Numbered from the stretch's first letter, positions 40,412-52,740 are shown. The stretch: 64,000 nucleotides of DNA from Cyanobacteria bacterium J06626_4 (GCA_038523235.1 JBCBJQ010000002.1:96001-160000), one strand, 5' to 3'. Notes: a model not told the origin generated them from the sequence alone. Made by a program: numbers and translations.

Positions 40412-40954
40412 TGGCGATCACGGTCGGTGTTCTACCGTTTCCTGACCGGGCGCAACTCGATCAGCTGCCTAGCGACGGTGACTGAATCCGGCGAGATCGT
40501 TCGTCGCTCTGTTGCCCAACCAAACAGCCCCTGCAAACACTGAATTGGCAATTACTAGAGAGCGAATTCTAGGCTTTATTTTTCCTATGCGAAAAATAGG
40601 GAAAACCAATGCTGGTACAAAACTTTAAAGAATGCGAGTTTCTGCGCCTAAATGCATTGCGAATTGTTACGCATATAGCTGTATCCCTTATCTGGCAAGG
40701 TTTTTTTGGTAGAACCTGGATAGGTGTTTAAACCTATTTGAGTCAGTTGATGCGACTTCACTACAGGAATTGCAGGCTTTTGTAAATACATTTTGCCGAG
40801 GCAATTCACCACATTCTATGGTGGTTAGATGAAGCCGTAAGTTGGCCGTCAGGTAAAGGGATTGGGTCTTAAGAGGGGACTCGATTGTTTGCCCAGGTTA
40901 GCTGGCTGACTGCGACGCCTAAAATTTGGACACGTCATAAGGAGTCATCGCTGC

Positions 40955-43900
40955 ATGTTCACCCACGTTAAGCCCACTGTGCGACACATCGTGCCCGCCG
41001 ATCTCGGCGGCCGATCGCTGGTCAAAGTGGTCTATGTGGTTCTGGAGTCTCAGTATCAGAGTGCTCTGTCAGCCGCCATTCGCCAGCTCAATGCCAGCAA
41101 CCCAGAAGTGGCCTTCGAGGTCAGCGGCTACCTGATTGAAGAACTGCGCAACCCCGAAAACTATGCGGCGTTTCAGCAGGACATCGCCGAGGCCAACATC
41201 TTCATCGCCTCGCTGATCTTTATTGAAGACTTGGCTGACAAGGTGGTCGAAGCCGTGCAGCCCCATCGCGATCGCCTCGATGCAGCGGTGGTGTTTCCCT
41301 CGATGCCGCAGGTGATGCGCCTGAACAAAATGGGCAGCTTCTCGATGGCGCAGCTCGGCCAGTCGAAGAGTGTGATTGGCGAGTTTATGAAAAAGCGCCG
41401 CCAGAAAAATGGCAGCGGCTTTGAAGACGCCATGCTGAAGCTGCTGCGTACCCTGCCGAACGTGCTGAAATATCTGCCGGTGGAAAAAGCGCAGGATGCC
41501 CGCAACTTCATGCTCAGCTTTCAATACTGGCTGGGCGGCTCTTCCGATAACTTGCAGAACTTTTTTCTGATGCTGGCTGATCGCTACGTGTTTACGGACA
41601 AGGCGATCGCCGGGGCTCCGCAGGCGGAGAGTCTAGAACATGCCGCTCCTGTGACTTTCCCTGATGTCGGCATCTGGCATCCGATGGCGACCCAAATGTT
41701 TGAGGATTTAAAGGAATACCTCAACTGGTATGAGTCGCGTCAAGATCTGCCCGCTGCCCTGCGCGATCCGCTAGCTCCCTGCGTGGGGTTGGTGCTGCAG
41801 CGCACGCACTTGGTGACGGGCGATGAAGCCCACTACGCCGCCATGGTGCAAGAGCTGGAGTATTTGGGCGCTCGGGTGATTCCGGTTTTCTCCGGTGGCT
41901 TGGACTTTGCCAAGCCAGTGAACGAATACTTTTTTGATCCTCTGCAGCCGGAAGAGGCGATTGTGGATTCTGTCGTGTCGCTGACGGGCTTCGCCCTAGT
42001 CGGTGGCCCAGCGCGACAAGATCATCCCAAGGCGATCGAAACCCTGCAGCGGTTGAACCGGCCCTATATGGTGGCCCTACCACTGGTGTTTCAAACGACG
42101 GAAGAGTGGGAAGCCAGCGATCTGGGCCTGCACCCGATTCAGGTGGCACTGCAGATGGCCATTCCGGAACTGGATGGGGCGATCGAGCCGATTGTGCTCT
42201 CCGGTCGCGATGGGATGACCGGGCGGGCGATCTCCCTGCAAGATCGCATCAGCTCCATTGCCCAGCGAGCGATGAAGTGGGGCAACCTGCGCCGCAAACC
42301 CAAGGTGGATAAAAAGCTAGCGATCACTGTCTTTAGCTTTCCGCCAGACAAAGGCAACGTCGGGACTGCGGCCTATCTGGACGTGTTTGGCTCCATCTAT
42401 AAAGTGCTGGAGGCGATGAAGCAAAACGGCTATGACCTGCCGGAATTGCCCGAATCTCCCGAAGCGCTGATGCAGGAAGTGATCCATGATGCGCAGGCCC
42501 AGTACGCCAGCCCTGAACTGAACGTGGCCTACCGCATGTCGGTGCCCGAGTATGAAGAACTCACCCCCTACTCGACGCGGTTGGAAGAAAACTGGGGGCC
42601 GCCACCCGGCAACCTCAACACCGACGGGCAAAATCTGCTGGTGTACGGCAAGGCCTTTGGCAACGTGTTCATTGGCGTGCAGCCCACCTTTGGTTACGAA
42701 GGCGACCCGATGCGCCTGCTGTTCTCGCGATCGGCCAGCCCCCACCACGGGTTTGCCGCCTACTACACCTATCTGGAGCAAATCTGGGGCGCGGATGCGG
42801 TGCTGCACTTTGGTACCCACGGCTCGCTAGAGTTTATGCCGGGTAAGCAAATGGGCATGTCGGGCATGTGCTACCCCGATAGCCTGATTGGCAGCACGCC
42901 CAACCTGTATTACTACGCTGCCAACAATCCTTCAGAGGCGACGATCGCCAAGCGGCGCGGCTACGCCGAAACGATTAGCTACCTGACGCCCCCCGCTGAG
43001 AATGCTGGACTCTATAAGGGGCTAAAGGAGCTGAGTGAACTGATCAGTTCTTACCAGTCGCAAAAGGACAGCGGTCGCGCCATTCAAATTGTGAATGCCA
43101 TTGTGGAAACGGCGCGGGTCTGCAACCTGGATCGCGATGTGGCCCTGCCAGAGATTGACGGCAGCGAGATGTCCACGGACGATCGCGACAACCTGGTGGG
43201 CAAGATCTATATCAAACTGATGGAAATCGAGTCGCGCCTGTTGCCCTGTGGCCTGCATGTGATTGGTAAGCCCCCCACGGCTGAGGAAGCGATCGCCACC
43301 CTGGTCAACATTGCCGGGCTTGATCGTGACGAAGAGGGCATTAAGAGCCTGCAGCGAGTGATTGCCGAGAGCATGGGCCGCGATATTGACGAGATTTATG
43401 GGAATAGCGATCGCGGCGTTTTAGAGGACGTGCAGCTGTTGTACGACATCAATCAGGGCGTGCGGGAGGCGGTGGCGGCCCTCGTGCACGAGCAGGTGGA
43501 TGCTGACGGTCGCGTCTCCATGGTGTCGCGGCTCAACTTCCTCAATATTGGCCACAAAGAGCCTTGGATTAAAGCCCTGCAAGAAGCGGGCTATCCTGCT
43601 GTGGAAGGCGAAACCATCAAGCCCCTGATGGAGTTTTTGGAATACTGCCTGGAGCAGGTCTGCGCCGATAACGAACTGGGGGCCCTGCTGAAAGGGTTAG
43701 AAGGGGAATACGTGCTCCCTGGCCCCGGTGGCGATCCGATTCGCAACCCCGACGTGTTGCCCACGGGTAAAAACCTGCATGCGCTTGATCCGCAGTCGAT
43801 TCCGACGCTCGCGGCAGTGCAGTCGGCAAAAATTGTGGTCGATCGCCTGCTCGAGCGGCAGCGACAAGAAAATGGCGGCGCTTATCCGGAAACCATTGCC

Positions 43901-44953
43901 ACGGTGCTCTGGGGTACGGACAATATCAAGACCTATGGCGAATCGCTGGCGCAAATGCTGTGGTTTGTCGGCGTCAAGCCGGTGCCCGATGCCCTCGGTC
44001 GCGTCAACAAGCTAGAGCTGCTGTCGCTAGAAGAGCTGGGTCGGCCCCGCGTCGATATTGTGGTGAACTGCTCCGGCGTTTTCCGCGATTTGTTCATCAA
44101 CCAGATGGCCCTGTTGGATCGCGCGGTGAAAATGGCCGCCGAAGCCGACGAGCCGCTGGCCATGAACTTTGTCCGTAAGCACGCGCTAGAGCAGGCGGAG
44201 CAGATGGGCTGCGACCTGCGTACCGCTGCTACCCGCATCTTTTCTAATGCGTCGGGCTCCTATGCTTCGAACGTTAACCTGGCGGTGGAAAACAGCAGTT
44301 GGGAAGAGGAGAAGGAATTGCAGGAAATGTACCTGAATCGCAAGTCTTTTGCCTTCAACTCGGATAACCCCGGCGTGATGGATGAGTCTCGCGACCTGTT
44401 CGAGTCTTCTTTGAAGAAGGCGGAAGTCACCTTCCAAAACCTGGATTCGTCGGAGATTTCGCTGACGGATGTGTCTCACTATTTCGACTCTGACCCCACC
44501 AAGGTGGTCGCGAGTCTGCGGGGTGACGGCACCAAGCCGGCTTCCTACGTGGCGGACACCACGACGGCCAACGCTCAGGTGCGCACCCTATCAGAGACGG
44601 TGCGACTGGATGCCCGCACTAAGATGCTGAATCCCAAGTGGTATGAGGGCATGCTCTCCCACGGGTATGAGGGTGTGCGAGAGCTGTCGAAGCGCTTGGT
44701 GAATACTATGGGCTGGTCAGCTACTGCCGATGCGGTGGATAACTGGGTCTATGAAGACACCAACAGCACCTTCATCAAAGATCCGGAGATGTGCAAGCGG
44801 CTGATGGATTTGAACCCCAACTCCTTCCGCCGCATGGTGTCAACCCTTTTGGAAGTGAACGGGCGCGGCTACTGGGAAACCAGTGACGAAAACCTGGAGC
44901 GGCTGCAAGAGCTTTACCAAGAAGTCGAAGACCGCATTGAAGGGGTTGAATAA
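40955..44953 (+). CDS. chlH: Magnesium chelatase subunit H
   Basis: [38 protein letters not shown], ends [10 protein letters not shown]; 1332 aa. Confidence 0.98.
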   Translation: MFTHVKPTVRHIVPADLGGRSLVKVVYVVLESQYQSALSAAIRQLNASNPEVAFEVSGYLIEELRNPENYAAFQQDIAEANIFIASLIFIEDLADKVVEAVQPHRDRLDAAVVFPSMPQVMRLNKMGSFSMAQLGQSKSVIGEFMKKRRQKNGSGFEDAMLKLLRTLPNVLKYLPVEKAQDARNFMLSFQYWLGGSSDNLQNFFLMLADRYVFTDKAIAGAPQAESLEHAAPVTFPDVGIWHPMATQMFEDLKEYLNWYESRQDLPAALRDPLAPCVGLVLQRTHLVTGDEAHYAAMVQELEYLGARVIPVFSGGLDFAKPVNEYFFDPLQPEEAIVDSVVSLTGFALVGGPARQDHPKAIETLQRLNRPYMVALPLVFQTTEEWEASDLGLHPIQVALQMAIPELDGAIEPIVLSGRDGMTGRAISLQDRISSIAQRAMKWGNLRRKPKVDKKLAITVFSFPPDKGNVGTAAYLDVFGSIYKVLEAMKQNGYDLPELPESPEALMQEVIHDAQAQYASPELNVAYRMSVPEYEELTPYSTRLEENWGPPPGNLNTDGQNLLVYGKAFGNVFIGVQPTFGYEGDPMRLLFSRSASPHHGFAAYYTYLEQIWGADAVLHFGTHGSLEFMPGKQMGMSGMCYPDSLIGSTPNLYYYAANNPSEATIAKRRGYAETISYLTPPAENAGLYKGLKELSELISSYQSQKDSGRAIQIVNAIVETARVCNLDRDVALPEIDGSEMSTDDRDNLVGKIYIKLMEIESRLLPCGLHVIGKPPTAEEAIATLVNIAGLDRDEEGIKSLQRVIAESMGRDIDEIYGNSDRGVLEDVQLLYDINQGVREAVAALVHEQVDADGRVSMVSRLNFLNIGHKEPWIKALQEAGYPAVEGETIKPLMEFLEYCLEQVCADNELGALLKGLEGEYVLPGPGGDPIRNPDVLPTGKNLHALDPQSIPTLAAVQSAKIVVDRLLERQRQENGGAYPETIATVLWGTDNIKTYGESLAQMLWFVGVKPVPDALGRVNKLELLSLEELGRPRVDIVVNCSGVFRDLFINQMALLDRAVKMAAEADEPLAMNFVRKHALEQAEQMGCDLRTAATRIFSNASGSYASNVNLAVENSSWEEEKELQEMYLNRKSFAFNSDNPGVMDESRDLFESSLKKAEVTFQNLDSSEISLTDVSHYFDSDPTKVVASLRGDGTKPASYVADTTTANAQVRTLSETVRLDARTKMLNPKWYEGMLSHGYEGVRELSKRLVNTMGWSATADAVDNWVYEDTNSTFIKDPEMCKRLMDLNPNSFRRMVSTLLEVNGRGYWETSDENLERLQELYQEVEDRIEGVE

Positions 44954-44990
44954 TATCAAACCGGTCTTCTAGCTAAGACGCTTTAATCCA

Positions 44991-45023
44991 AAGCCCTCGG
45001 CTGCTACTGGCAGCCGAGGGCTT
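44991..45023. terminator. Probable bidirectional terminator
   Basis: 14-bp perfect stem AAGCCCTCGGCTGC/GCAGCCGAGGGCTT between convergent genes. Confidence 0.8.
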
Positions 45024-45048
45024 GTTTCATGCAAGTTAGTTGCAAATG

Positions 45049-45711
45049 CTATGCAGCTTCGCTCATGCGCTTACGCATTGTTCCAGCAACTCCGACGCCA
45101 GCAACCGTAGCTAAACCGAGGACTGAGAAAGGTTCAGGTACATCTACAGCAGTTTCGATAACAACGTCGTCAATGTTGGCCCCTAACGTGTCCTTCTTAC
45201 CCAAAGACCAGAACTTCAGACGTGTGCTTGTTTCAGTCGCAGTGATTGTTTTGTTGAAGATTTTCCAGCCGTCACCGCTGTTGCCGGCATCAATTGCTTC
45301 GTAGGTACCCTCGCCAAATTCAACGGCTAGCTTGTTATCACCATTGATACCGTTGCGTGGGCCATAGGCAAATGAGAGATGATACTTCTGCCCGATTGTG
45401 GTCACAATATCTTGGAAAAAACCAATTTCCTCGGGGGGAGTATTTCTGTTGTAGTGACTATCTAGCTCAGCAAAATGCTCACCTTCGTAGGCCGTACCAA
45501 CCACGTTTTTGCGGATTTCAATTCGGCTACCCTCAAAGGGGGTCCAGCCTTCTAGCTGACCCTCGCCAAAAGTCATCCACATATTCCTTTGGAAATTCGC
45601 TGACTCGAAGCCACCATTCACAACCAAGTTGCTGGCAGCTGCAGGATTTGCTGAAGAGCATAGTAAAGCAGCCGCACAGAGTAAGCCAGATCCGATCGCA
45701 AGTGTTTTCAT
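45049..45711 (-). CDS. PEP-CTERM sorting domain protein with DUF642/galactose-binding-like domain
   Basis: Signal peptide, NLVVNGGFE, GANIDDV, VPEP-TM-basic tail. Confidence 0.88.
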   Translation of the reverse strand: MKTLAIGSGLLCAAALLCSSANPAAASNLVVNGGFESANFQRNMWMTFGEGQLEGWTPFEGSRIEIRKNVVGTAYEGEHFAELDSHYNRNTPPEEIGFFQDIVTTIGQKYHLSFAYGPRNGINGDNKLAVEFGEGTYEAIDAGNSGDGWKIFNKTITATETSTRLKFWSLGKKDTLGANIDDVVIETAVDVPEPFSVLGLATVAGVGVAGTMRKRMSEAA

Positions 45712-46512
45712 GGGTTTAATCGCTCAATAAATTCGTTTGTTTCCGTTGATACCAATTTGCATCAAATCGTTACTCATAGAAAGCATTTTGAATTAGCTTA
45801 TTCAGGACTTAATCCTGGGCTTGGTGAGTGATAAAGCGGGTCTTGAAATTCTGAAGAAAGGCCAAAAAAATCAGTAAATTTACTGCTAAAGTGATGCGCT
45901 AGTTGATTGTTGTCTAGACCTCTCCATACTTCTTCTGATCAATAATTTCTGAATTCAACGCAAATTTGCGGAACAAAGAGTCGCTGATTGTGGGCAAGTT
46001 TTTTCACCCTAGTGAACATACCTGGCAGCCCTCTTAAAATCTCTGAGCTTTACTCAAGGCAGTAACCCTGCACCAGAAAGTTCTGCAGATTCCTGCATGG
46101 GGTGCCAAGATGATGCCCGAGAGGCTTTCAGGCAGCCTCGACATTAGCTAGCCTGACGTTTTCTGATGCTCACCACAGAAATGATTCCACCGGTCTTGCC
46201 GCAGGCCAAGGCAATGGGCAGTAGCCAAGCCCTCATGGCTTTTGAAGATGAAACGAAGTAAGCAACTTACGCAGCAAACAGGGTAAGGGCAATTGCCCAT
46301 GGAGTCAGTCTTCATGAGCGATCGCCGCTGCCTTTAATTGCCTAGAGATATTCAAGACCTCTGGAAACTGCTACCTTCTTAAGGAACTAAGCTAATTGCG
46401 CGAGTTGACGACCGCCCAAGCGGCCCCGAAGTTGTCTGTCCGTGTGGCATTGCCGGTGAGTTTGATTGTGCAGTCTACCAAGCTTGGATAACCCGTTGGC
46501 GAGAGTCAGTCG

Positions 46513-49299
46513 TTACCCGACCTCTTTGGGGGTTTTGACCTGAGGTTGAGCTTGGGGCTGGAATTGGAAGAGCGTGTAGACGACGTTACGGCGAATGCCG
46601 ATCATCATGTCCAAAAAGACTTCGTAGCCTTCGCTCTTATATTCAATCAGCGGATCTTTTTGGCCGTAGCCGCGGAGGCCGACGGTTTCCCGGAGCGAGT
46701 CCATTTGCTGCAGGTGCTCGCGCCAAAGGTTGTCGATCTGCTGCAGAATGAAGAACCGCTCTGCCTCGCGCATCAGGCCCGGCTTCATCTGATCCACCTG
46801 CGCCTCTTTCATGTCGTAGGCCGTGCGTACCTGCTCATGCAAAAAGGTTCTGATTTCGCCGACGGACAGATCTTCGAGCTGCGACGGTTCCATGTCAGCG
46901 AGCAGATAGACAAACTCTTTGACCTTCTCCACCATTTCCGGCAGCTTCCACTCTTCGGAGGGCAGCTCAGGGTTGATGTAAGCAGTGACAATGTCATCCA
47001 TCGTGCGCTCAGCGTAGGAAATTACCAGCTCTTTCAAATCTTGCCCTTCTAGCACGCGCCGCCGCTCAGCGTAGATGGCCCGCCGCTGATTATTCATCAC
47101 CTCGTCGTACTCAAACACCTGCTTACGGATGTCGTAGTAGTAGGTCTCAACCTTTTTCTGGGCGCCTTCGAGCGATCGCGTCAGCATACCCGATTCGATC
47201 GGCATGTCTTCTTCCACGCGGAACATATTCATCAAACCCGCAACGCGATCGCCGCCAAAGATCCGCAACAGATTGTCTTCTAAGCTAAGGAAAAAGCGAG
47301 TGGAGCCGGGGTCACCCTGGCGACCGGCGCGGCCCCGCAGCTGGTTATCGACCCGGCGCGATTCGTGGCGCTCAGTACCAATGACGTGAAGCCCACCGGC
47401 CTCAATCACCTTGTCATGCTCCTCGTCAGTAAACTGCTCATATTCGTGCAGTACGAGATTGTAGGATTCCCGCAGCTGTTGAATCACGGGATCTTCAACC
47501 GGGGCTTTTTCTGCTGCGATCGCGACCTTATCTTCCGCTTCTAGTTCAGGCAGGCTGCGATCACCATAGGTGTCAACGGCTAGGGTCACCGTATCTTTGA
47601 GCATCTGCTCCGCTTCTGCCGATAGCTCCGTGGGGAAGATATCGGGCGAGGCTTTCCAGGTTTTAACTTTCTTTTGCTCACCGGCGAACCCTTGAGCTTT
47701 GCTGCGGCCCTGGGTGCCCGGCACGGCCACCTTCATTTCGTCATCTTCAGGCTTGACGATGCGGGGCATCAGATACTCGCGCACCTTGAGGCGGGCCATA
47801 TACTCGGCGTTACCCCCCAGAATGATGTCGGTGCCGCGTCCCGCCATGTTGGTGGCGATCGTCACCGCGCCGCCGCGTCCGGCCTGGGCGACGATTTCGG
47901 CCTCTCGCTCTACGTTCTCGGGCTTGGCGTTCAACAAGTTGTGGGGAATGTTGCGCTCAGCCAACAGGGCCGACAGCAGTTCGGACTTTTCGACGCTAGT
48001 GGTGCCAACCAACACGGGGCGTCCCGTTTCATGCATTTCGGCACATTCGCTGGCCACAGCCTGCCACTTCGCCATCTCGGTTTTATAAACCACATCGGCC
48101 AGATCTTGGCGACGGGAGGGTTTATTGGTCGCGATGACCGTCACTTCCAACTCGTAAATCTTTTCAAATTCCGCTTCTTCAGTTTTAGCTGTGCCGGTCA
48201 TGCCCGACAGCTTGGGATACAGCAGGAAGAAGTTCTGATAGGTAATGCTGGCGAGGGTTTGGGTTTCCGGCTGAATCTCGGCATGTTCTTTGGCTTCGAT
48301 CGCCTGGTGCAGGCCGTCGCTCCAGCGGCGTCCGGGCATTACCCGGCCCGTAAACTCGTCCACAATGACGACTTCGCCGTTACGCACAATGTACTTAACG
48401 TCTTTGTCAAACAGTTCCTTAGCTTTGACGGCGTTGAAAATGTAGTGCGCCCAGGGATCTTTAGGATCAAAGAGATCCTGCACGCCCAGCATCTCTTCCG
48501 CGAGAATGAAGCCCTCATCGTTGAGCAACACGTTGTGCGCCTTTTCATCGACTTCGTAGTGCTCTTCGGTGTTGAGGGCCGTCGCGACCTCGGCAGCCTT
48601 CGTATATTTTTCGCTGGGGCGCTGCACCTGGCCAGAAATGATCAGGGGCGTGCGGGCCTCATCTACCAAAATGGAATCGACTTCGTCAATGACGCAGAAG
48701 TTGAAGGGGCGCTGCACCACATCTTCAATGGAGGTGGCCATGTTGTCGCGCAGGTAGTCAAACCCGAACTCGCTATTGGTGCCGTAGGTGATGTCGCAGG
48801 CGTAGTTCTTCTGGCGCTCGCTGGGGCTCATGCCTTGCTGAATCAGGCCCACCTCAAGCCCCAAAAAGCGGTGTACTTGCCCCATCCACTCAGCGTCGCG
48901 CCGGGCTAGATAGTCGTTCACGGTAACGACGTGGGCGCCTTTGCCCGTCAAGGCATTGAGATAGCTGGGTAGGGTTGCAACCAGGGTTTTGCCCTCACCG
49001 GTTTTCATCTCGGCGATTTGCCCTTCGTGGAGCACCATGCCGCCAATTAGCTGCACATCAAAGTGGCGCATACCCAAGACTCGACGAGAGGCTTCTCGCA
49101 CCACGGCAAAAGCTTCGGTGAGGAGGTCATCCAGCGACTCTCCTTTCGCCAAACGCTGTTGGAACTCGCCCGTTTTGGCCGCCAGCGCTTCGTCTGACAG
49201 CGGCTGGATTTCTTCTTCCAGCAAATTGATTTCGACTACATCAGGTTTGTAGCGTTTGAGTTTTCGAGCGTTTGGATCACCAAGCAGAGCTTTGAGCAT
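46513..49299 (-). CDS. secA: Preprotein translocase subunit SecA
   Basis: [52 protein letters not shown]. Confidence 0.98.
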   Translation of the reverse strand: MLKALLGDPNARKLKRYKPDVVEINLLEEEIQPLSDEALAAKTGEFQQRLAKGESLDDLLTEAFAVVREASRRVLGMRHFDVQLIGGMVLHEGQIAEMKTGEGKTLVATLPSYLNALTGKGAHVVTVNDYLARRDAEWMGQVHRFLGLEVGLIQQGMSPSERQKNYACDITYGTNSEFGFDYLRDNMATSIEDVVQRPFNFCVIDEVDSILVDEARTPLIISGQVQRPSEKYTKAAEVATALNTEEHYEVDEKAHNVLLNDEGFILAEEMLGVQDLFDPKDPWAHYIFNAVKAKELFDKDVKYIVRNGEVVIVDEFTGRVMPGRRWSDGLHQAIEAKEHAEIQPETQTLASITYQNFFLLYPKLSGMTGTAKTEEAEFEKIYELEVTVIATNKPSRRQDLADVVYKTEMAKWQAVASECAEMHETGRPVLVGTTSVEKSELLSALLAERNIPHNLLNAKPENVEREAEIVAQAGRGGAVTIATNMAGRGTDIILGGNAEYMARLKVREYLMPRIVKPEDDEMKVAVPGTQGRSKAQGFAGEQKKVKTWKASPDIFPTELSAEAEQMLKDTVTLAVDTYGDRSLPELEAEDKVAIAAEKAPVEDPVIQQLRESYNLVLHEYEQFTDEEHDKVIEAGGLHVIGTERHESRRVDNQLRGRAGRQGDPGSTRFFLSLEDNLLRIFGGDRVAGLMNMFRVEEDMPIESGMLTRSLEGAQKKVETYYYDIRKQVFEYDEVMNNQRRAIYAERRRVLEGQDLKELVISYAERTMDDIVTAYINPELPSEEWKLPEMVEKVKEFVYLLADMEPSQLEDLSVGEIRTFLHEQVRTAYDMKEAQVDQMKPGLMREAERFFILQQIDNLWREHLQQMDSLRETVGLRGYGQKDPLIEYKSEGYEVFLDMMIGIRRNVVYTLFQFQPQAQPQVKTPKEVG

Positions 49300-49835
49300 A
49301 TGTCCGGAGACGATGAATGGATAGAATCTTTAGTAAAACGAAAATTCCTGCGTTTAACAATGGGCAATCGCCGCACCTTCAACGCTTGAGACAATCGAGT
49401 CACCGTTTACTGATCCTACCACTTGCCCTTGGAGGATCAATCAACGCTGATGTTTTGGATTATCTTTAAGGTTAGAAAATAAGTTTCGTGTCTAAAATAA
49501 GTTCACGATGAACGCTTAGCACGCTTCCGAGCTGTTTTTTATGCAAGATCTCTCCCTCAGGGTGTTTGTCGCTCCGGATCTCAGCCATGGTGGGCTGGGC
49601 AACCGCCGCTATGAGGGTGTGATTAGCCGCCGTGATGAGCGCGCGATCGCGACGCGACCCGGCGATATCTTGAGTCTGCGACGACGAGTCTCGGGCGTTT
49701 GGTCTTAGAAGTTGGGTCACTGTTATCGACCCAAGTCGACCAACGCCAGCCAATTGACCGAGTCAGCGCTCTCTGAGTTTTTCGCTGACTCGGTTCGCCT
49801 AACCGTCGTCCCTTTTACTTTCTTTTTTACTCGTT

Positions 49836-50315
49836 ATGGACTGCAGCAACATTCAATTTCAATACGTTGAGACGTTAAGCCCCGCCGAGATGCAGCAGCT
49901 AATTGCCCTGTTTCAGAAGGCGGCGTTTTGGGCCAGCGATCGCACCGACGCAGATATGGCCGTCGCGATCGCCCATAGTCACCCAGTCGTCATTGCTTGG
50001 GATAGAGATCAGCTGATTGGCTTTGCCCGCGCTACGTCTGACGGCGTCTATCGTGCCACCATTTGGGATGTGGTGATCGACCCTCACTATCAGGGAGCCG
50101 GACTCGGCCGCAAACTGGTGCAAACTGTGCTGAGTCATCCCCTCATGAGCCGGATTGAGCGTGTCTACTTGATGACGACTCATCAGCAAGCGTTTTATCA
50201 GCGCATTGGCTTTCAAGAAAATCAGACCACCACAATGGTGCTGTTTCATCAAGAAATTGAGCCCGTACCGAATTTGGTGACTGTTGAGCAAGAGCCGCTG
50301 TCTGGCCAGATTTAG
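49836..50315 (+). CDS. GNAT N-acetyltransferase
   Basis: GFARATSDG.YRATIWDVV..P.YQG.GLG, FYQRIGF. Confidence 0.9.
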   Translation: MDCSNIQFQYVETLSPAEMQQLIALFQKAAFWASDRTDADMAVAIAHSHPVVIAWDRDQLIGFARATSDGVYRATIWDVVIDPHYQGAGLGRKLVQTVLSHPLMSRIERVYLMTTHQQAFYQRIGFQENQTTTMVLFHQEIEPVPNLVTVEQEPLSGQI

Positions 50316-50414
50316 ACCGGTTCGTCCACTCAGGGAATTGCTTAAAAATAGTGTATTGGCCGCAGGGGGTTGGCAGTGCCAAACCCTTACCGAAAACGTG
50401 TCGATATTTAAGGG

Positions 50415-51218
50415 TTATGCAGGTGCAGCCCCTAAATTGGGCGGTTGGGGGAGCGTCAGCTGCAGCCGCGTCGGAGTTGTGTCGGTCGCCTGGGTCAGTT
50501 GAACCAGACTGCCGCCAAGAGCCTGCAGCATCGCTTCTACCAGGCCCATCCGTAGGCTGGCGGAGAGCGTGTCATTGAGCTCAAACTCGGTCGGTTGAGG
50601 AAAGGCGATGGGCTCTTGCCAGGAGCCAGTAGGCCGGTCATCGTCGAGCCAGAGCTGCCACGTCTCGGCGGGGGGGGTCGGGGCGAGACTCAAGTGCAGC
50701 GTGCCGCGATCACGATTCGCTAGCGCCATATCGATCAGCGTCGTGAGCACGTTGCACAGCCAGGCCGGGTCGGTCTGCACCAATTGGGACGGCTCAGGAA
50801 AGTTGACCACGAGCCGCAGGTTGCGATCGGTGACCTGCAGCTGGTTCATTTCTTTAACCTGACTGAAAATCTGTGTCCACGGCACTGTTTGCACCTGCGG
50901 GATGATGCGTCCCATCTCAACTTTTGAGACGCGAATCAAAAAGTCGAGATATTCCAGCAGCTTCATGGAAGCGGCATAGGCCTCGCCGACAAAGGCTCGC
51001 TCTTCTTCCACGTCATCACAGAGCCCCTCGATAATCATTTGCTGCAGGCTGATGACTTTGCTCAGGGGCGATCGCAACTCATGGGCCGTACGCGCTAAAA
51101 AACCGCCCTTAAAGTCCGCCAGCTCTAAGGCGCGATAATAGGCCAGTTCTAGGCTGGCAGCGGACGGTTGCGGGGAACTTGCTTCGTTTGCCTCGGCCAT
51201 CATCAGAGATCCTGTCAA
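50415..51218 (-). CDS. Sensor-less histidine kinase-like protein (HisKA with degenerate ATPase domain)
   Basis: FLARTAHELRSPL H-box; N and G boxes degenerate. Confidence 0.72.
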   Translation of the reverse strand: MTGSLMMAEANEASSPQPSAASLELAYYRALELADFKGGFLARTAHELRSPLSKVISLQQMIIEGLCDDVEEERAFVGEAYAASMKLLEYLDFLIRVSKVEMGRIIPQVQTVPWTQIFSQVKEMNQLQVTDRNLRLVVNFPEPSQLVQTDPAWLCNVLTTLIDMALANRDRGTLHLSLAPTPPAETWQLWLDDDRPTGSWQEPIAFPQPTEFELNDTLSASLRMGLVEAMLQALGGSLVQLTQATDTTPTRLQLTLPQPPNLGAAPA

Positions 51219-51331
51219 CTTCGCTATTCAAGCCTATAGTCTGCCGTTTGCATACGCGACCGTTGAAATTTGTATTTCGATCAAAAATTTAGGGCGTGGG
51301 CAGGGTGAACTCTGTGCTTACCCCATAGACA

Positions 51332-51731
51332 GCCGGTGCGTTAGCCCCATAGACCAAGACGATACCGTGTGGGTGAAGGAAATTCTGTTAAGAGAACTCC
51401 ACAGACCCGGTCGGGACGAAGGGCCTTGCGTTTCGAACTAAACTCACTCAGGTGATTGTTGAGAAAGACGATACTGGCACTGTCAGGGCGGGTTTTGTGG
51501 ATGCTTTGTATCGATAAATTCAAGGTTTTAGCTAAACCCAACCCTCATGGAACCTGAGTTTGGGATCAGGGATTCAGGCACGCTGCCCCGCCGTTGAGGC
51601 GACAATCTCCTCTGAAGCAGAGTGTCAACGGTAGGGTGGATGTCGATCCTCCCGCTGAGCGTGGTTCGACCCACCCCATTCGCCCCTTCCCAGAGGGAAA
51701 AGCAACGGAGCTTAGTTTAACCCGCACTGGC
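51332..51731 (+). ncRNA. Putative large structured non-coding RNA (~400 nt)
   Basis: End-to-end stem GCCGGTGCG/CGCACTGGC with a G-U pair, extended by TAGACCAAG/CTTAGTTTA and CCGT/ACGG; many nested internal stems; no credible ORF. Confidence 0.65.
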
Positions 51732-51758
51732 GTTACGGATATGTTTTTGCTCGCGACC

Positions 51759-52334
51759 TTACGAAGCCGCACTCGACACCTGGGGACGGGGAGCCGCTGC
51801 CTGCGGCCAAGGGCCGGGTGGGGTTGAGGGCAGTTCTACAGTCGTTTCTTGGGTGTCGTAAAGGGTGAAGCCTCGCGCCTCATAATTTTTGTAAGCGTAG
51901 CGACTGTCTAAATTGCAGGTGTGGAGCCAAACGCGACGATTCGCGATTTTCCAGGCGCGCTCGATGCCGACTGTGAGCAAATGGCCGCCAATACCCTGAC
52001 CCATGAACTGGGGCAGCAAGCCGAAATACTCAATTTTGACGGTGCTTTCTGGCTGGCTTTCAAGTTCGATATAGCCAGCAGGGGTGCCCGACAGGTAGGC
52101 AACCCAGGTTTCTAACTCGGGTCGGTTGAGATAGTCAAGCCATTGGTCGTAGGTCCACTTCAGGCGATCGCACCAATACCAATGGCTACCCACGCTGGTA
52201 TACAAAAAACGGCTGAATTCAGGACAGGCGATAGTGACCTGCTGCACGCTGAGTTCAGGATTGTCGAGCCGCTGGGGCCGCAAATCCGCCGGGGTGAGCA
52301 TTTCTAAATACCAGGTGATGAGGGGATGAATCAT
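51759..52334 (-). CDS. GNAT N-acetyltransferase
   Basis: YFGLLPQFMGQGIGG, RVWLHTC.LD, NYEARGF. Confidence 0.88.
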   Translation of the reverse strand: MIHPLITWYLEMLTPADLRPQRLDNPELSVQQVTIACPEFSRFLYTSVGSHWYWCDRLKWTYDQWLDYLNRPELETWVAYLSGTPAGYIELESQPESTVKIEYFGLLPQFMGQGIGGHLLTVGIERAWKIANRRVWLHTCNLDSRYAYKNYEARGFTLYDTQETTVELPSTPPGPWPQAAAPRPQVSSAAS

Positions 52335-52428
52335 TGAGAGCGATCGCTTTTTTGTCGTCGGTAAGCGTTGGCCCCGATTGAGTCGGTGCCCCCATTAATT
52401 GGGGATGATCTCAATCAGGGCCAAGGCG

Positions 52429-52740
52429 CTACTGATAATATCGTTCATCTAACCAAACCCGAACTGCTCGCTCAGAATCAAAATGGTGACGAGTCTGAGT
52501 CACGGGATCATACGCCTCATAGTAGAGATGACCCTCGCGATCGCGCTTCGTCCAAATGGTCGGATCCTGAGCCTGAGCCCCGACCAAATAATTGACGATG
52601 GCGTGACCGAGCTGACTCCAGCGCGACTGACGCGACTCGCGTGCCATCTCTGAGTCGAGCCGTGCGTGGGGGGCTGCAGCCTGTTCCTGCTGCTCCGGAG
52701 AGATGAGTTCTAACCGGGCATAGAGGTCTTGTTGTGTCAT
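52429..52740 (-). CDS. Conserved cyanobacterial hypothetical protein
   Basis: P.IW.KRDR.G..Y..YDP.T....FDSE..VR.WL..RYY pattern; GAAGGA RBS. Confidence 0.7.
   Translation of the reverse strand: MTQQDLYARLELISPEQQEQAAAPHARLDSEMARESRQSRWSQLGHAIVNYLVGAQAQDPTIWTKRDREGHLYYEAYDPVTQTRHHFDSERAVRVWLDERYYQ

Noticed and set aside
45712..46512. Hidden gene or RNA in the 800-bp spacer between the PEP-CTERM gene and secA
   Set aside because: No convincing ORF, nested stem set or repeat found by eye; likely a long promoter region.
46546..49252. 411-aa and other ORFs antisense to secA (likewise those opposite chlH)
   Set aside because: Antisense shadow frames fully overlapping core genes.
51655..51690. 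tRNA or tmRNA suggested by GTGGTTCGACCCAC
   Set aside because: The loop is 6 nt, and there is no acceptor stem, D-arm or CCA; better explained as part of the larger structured RNA.
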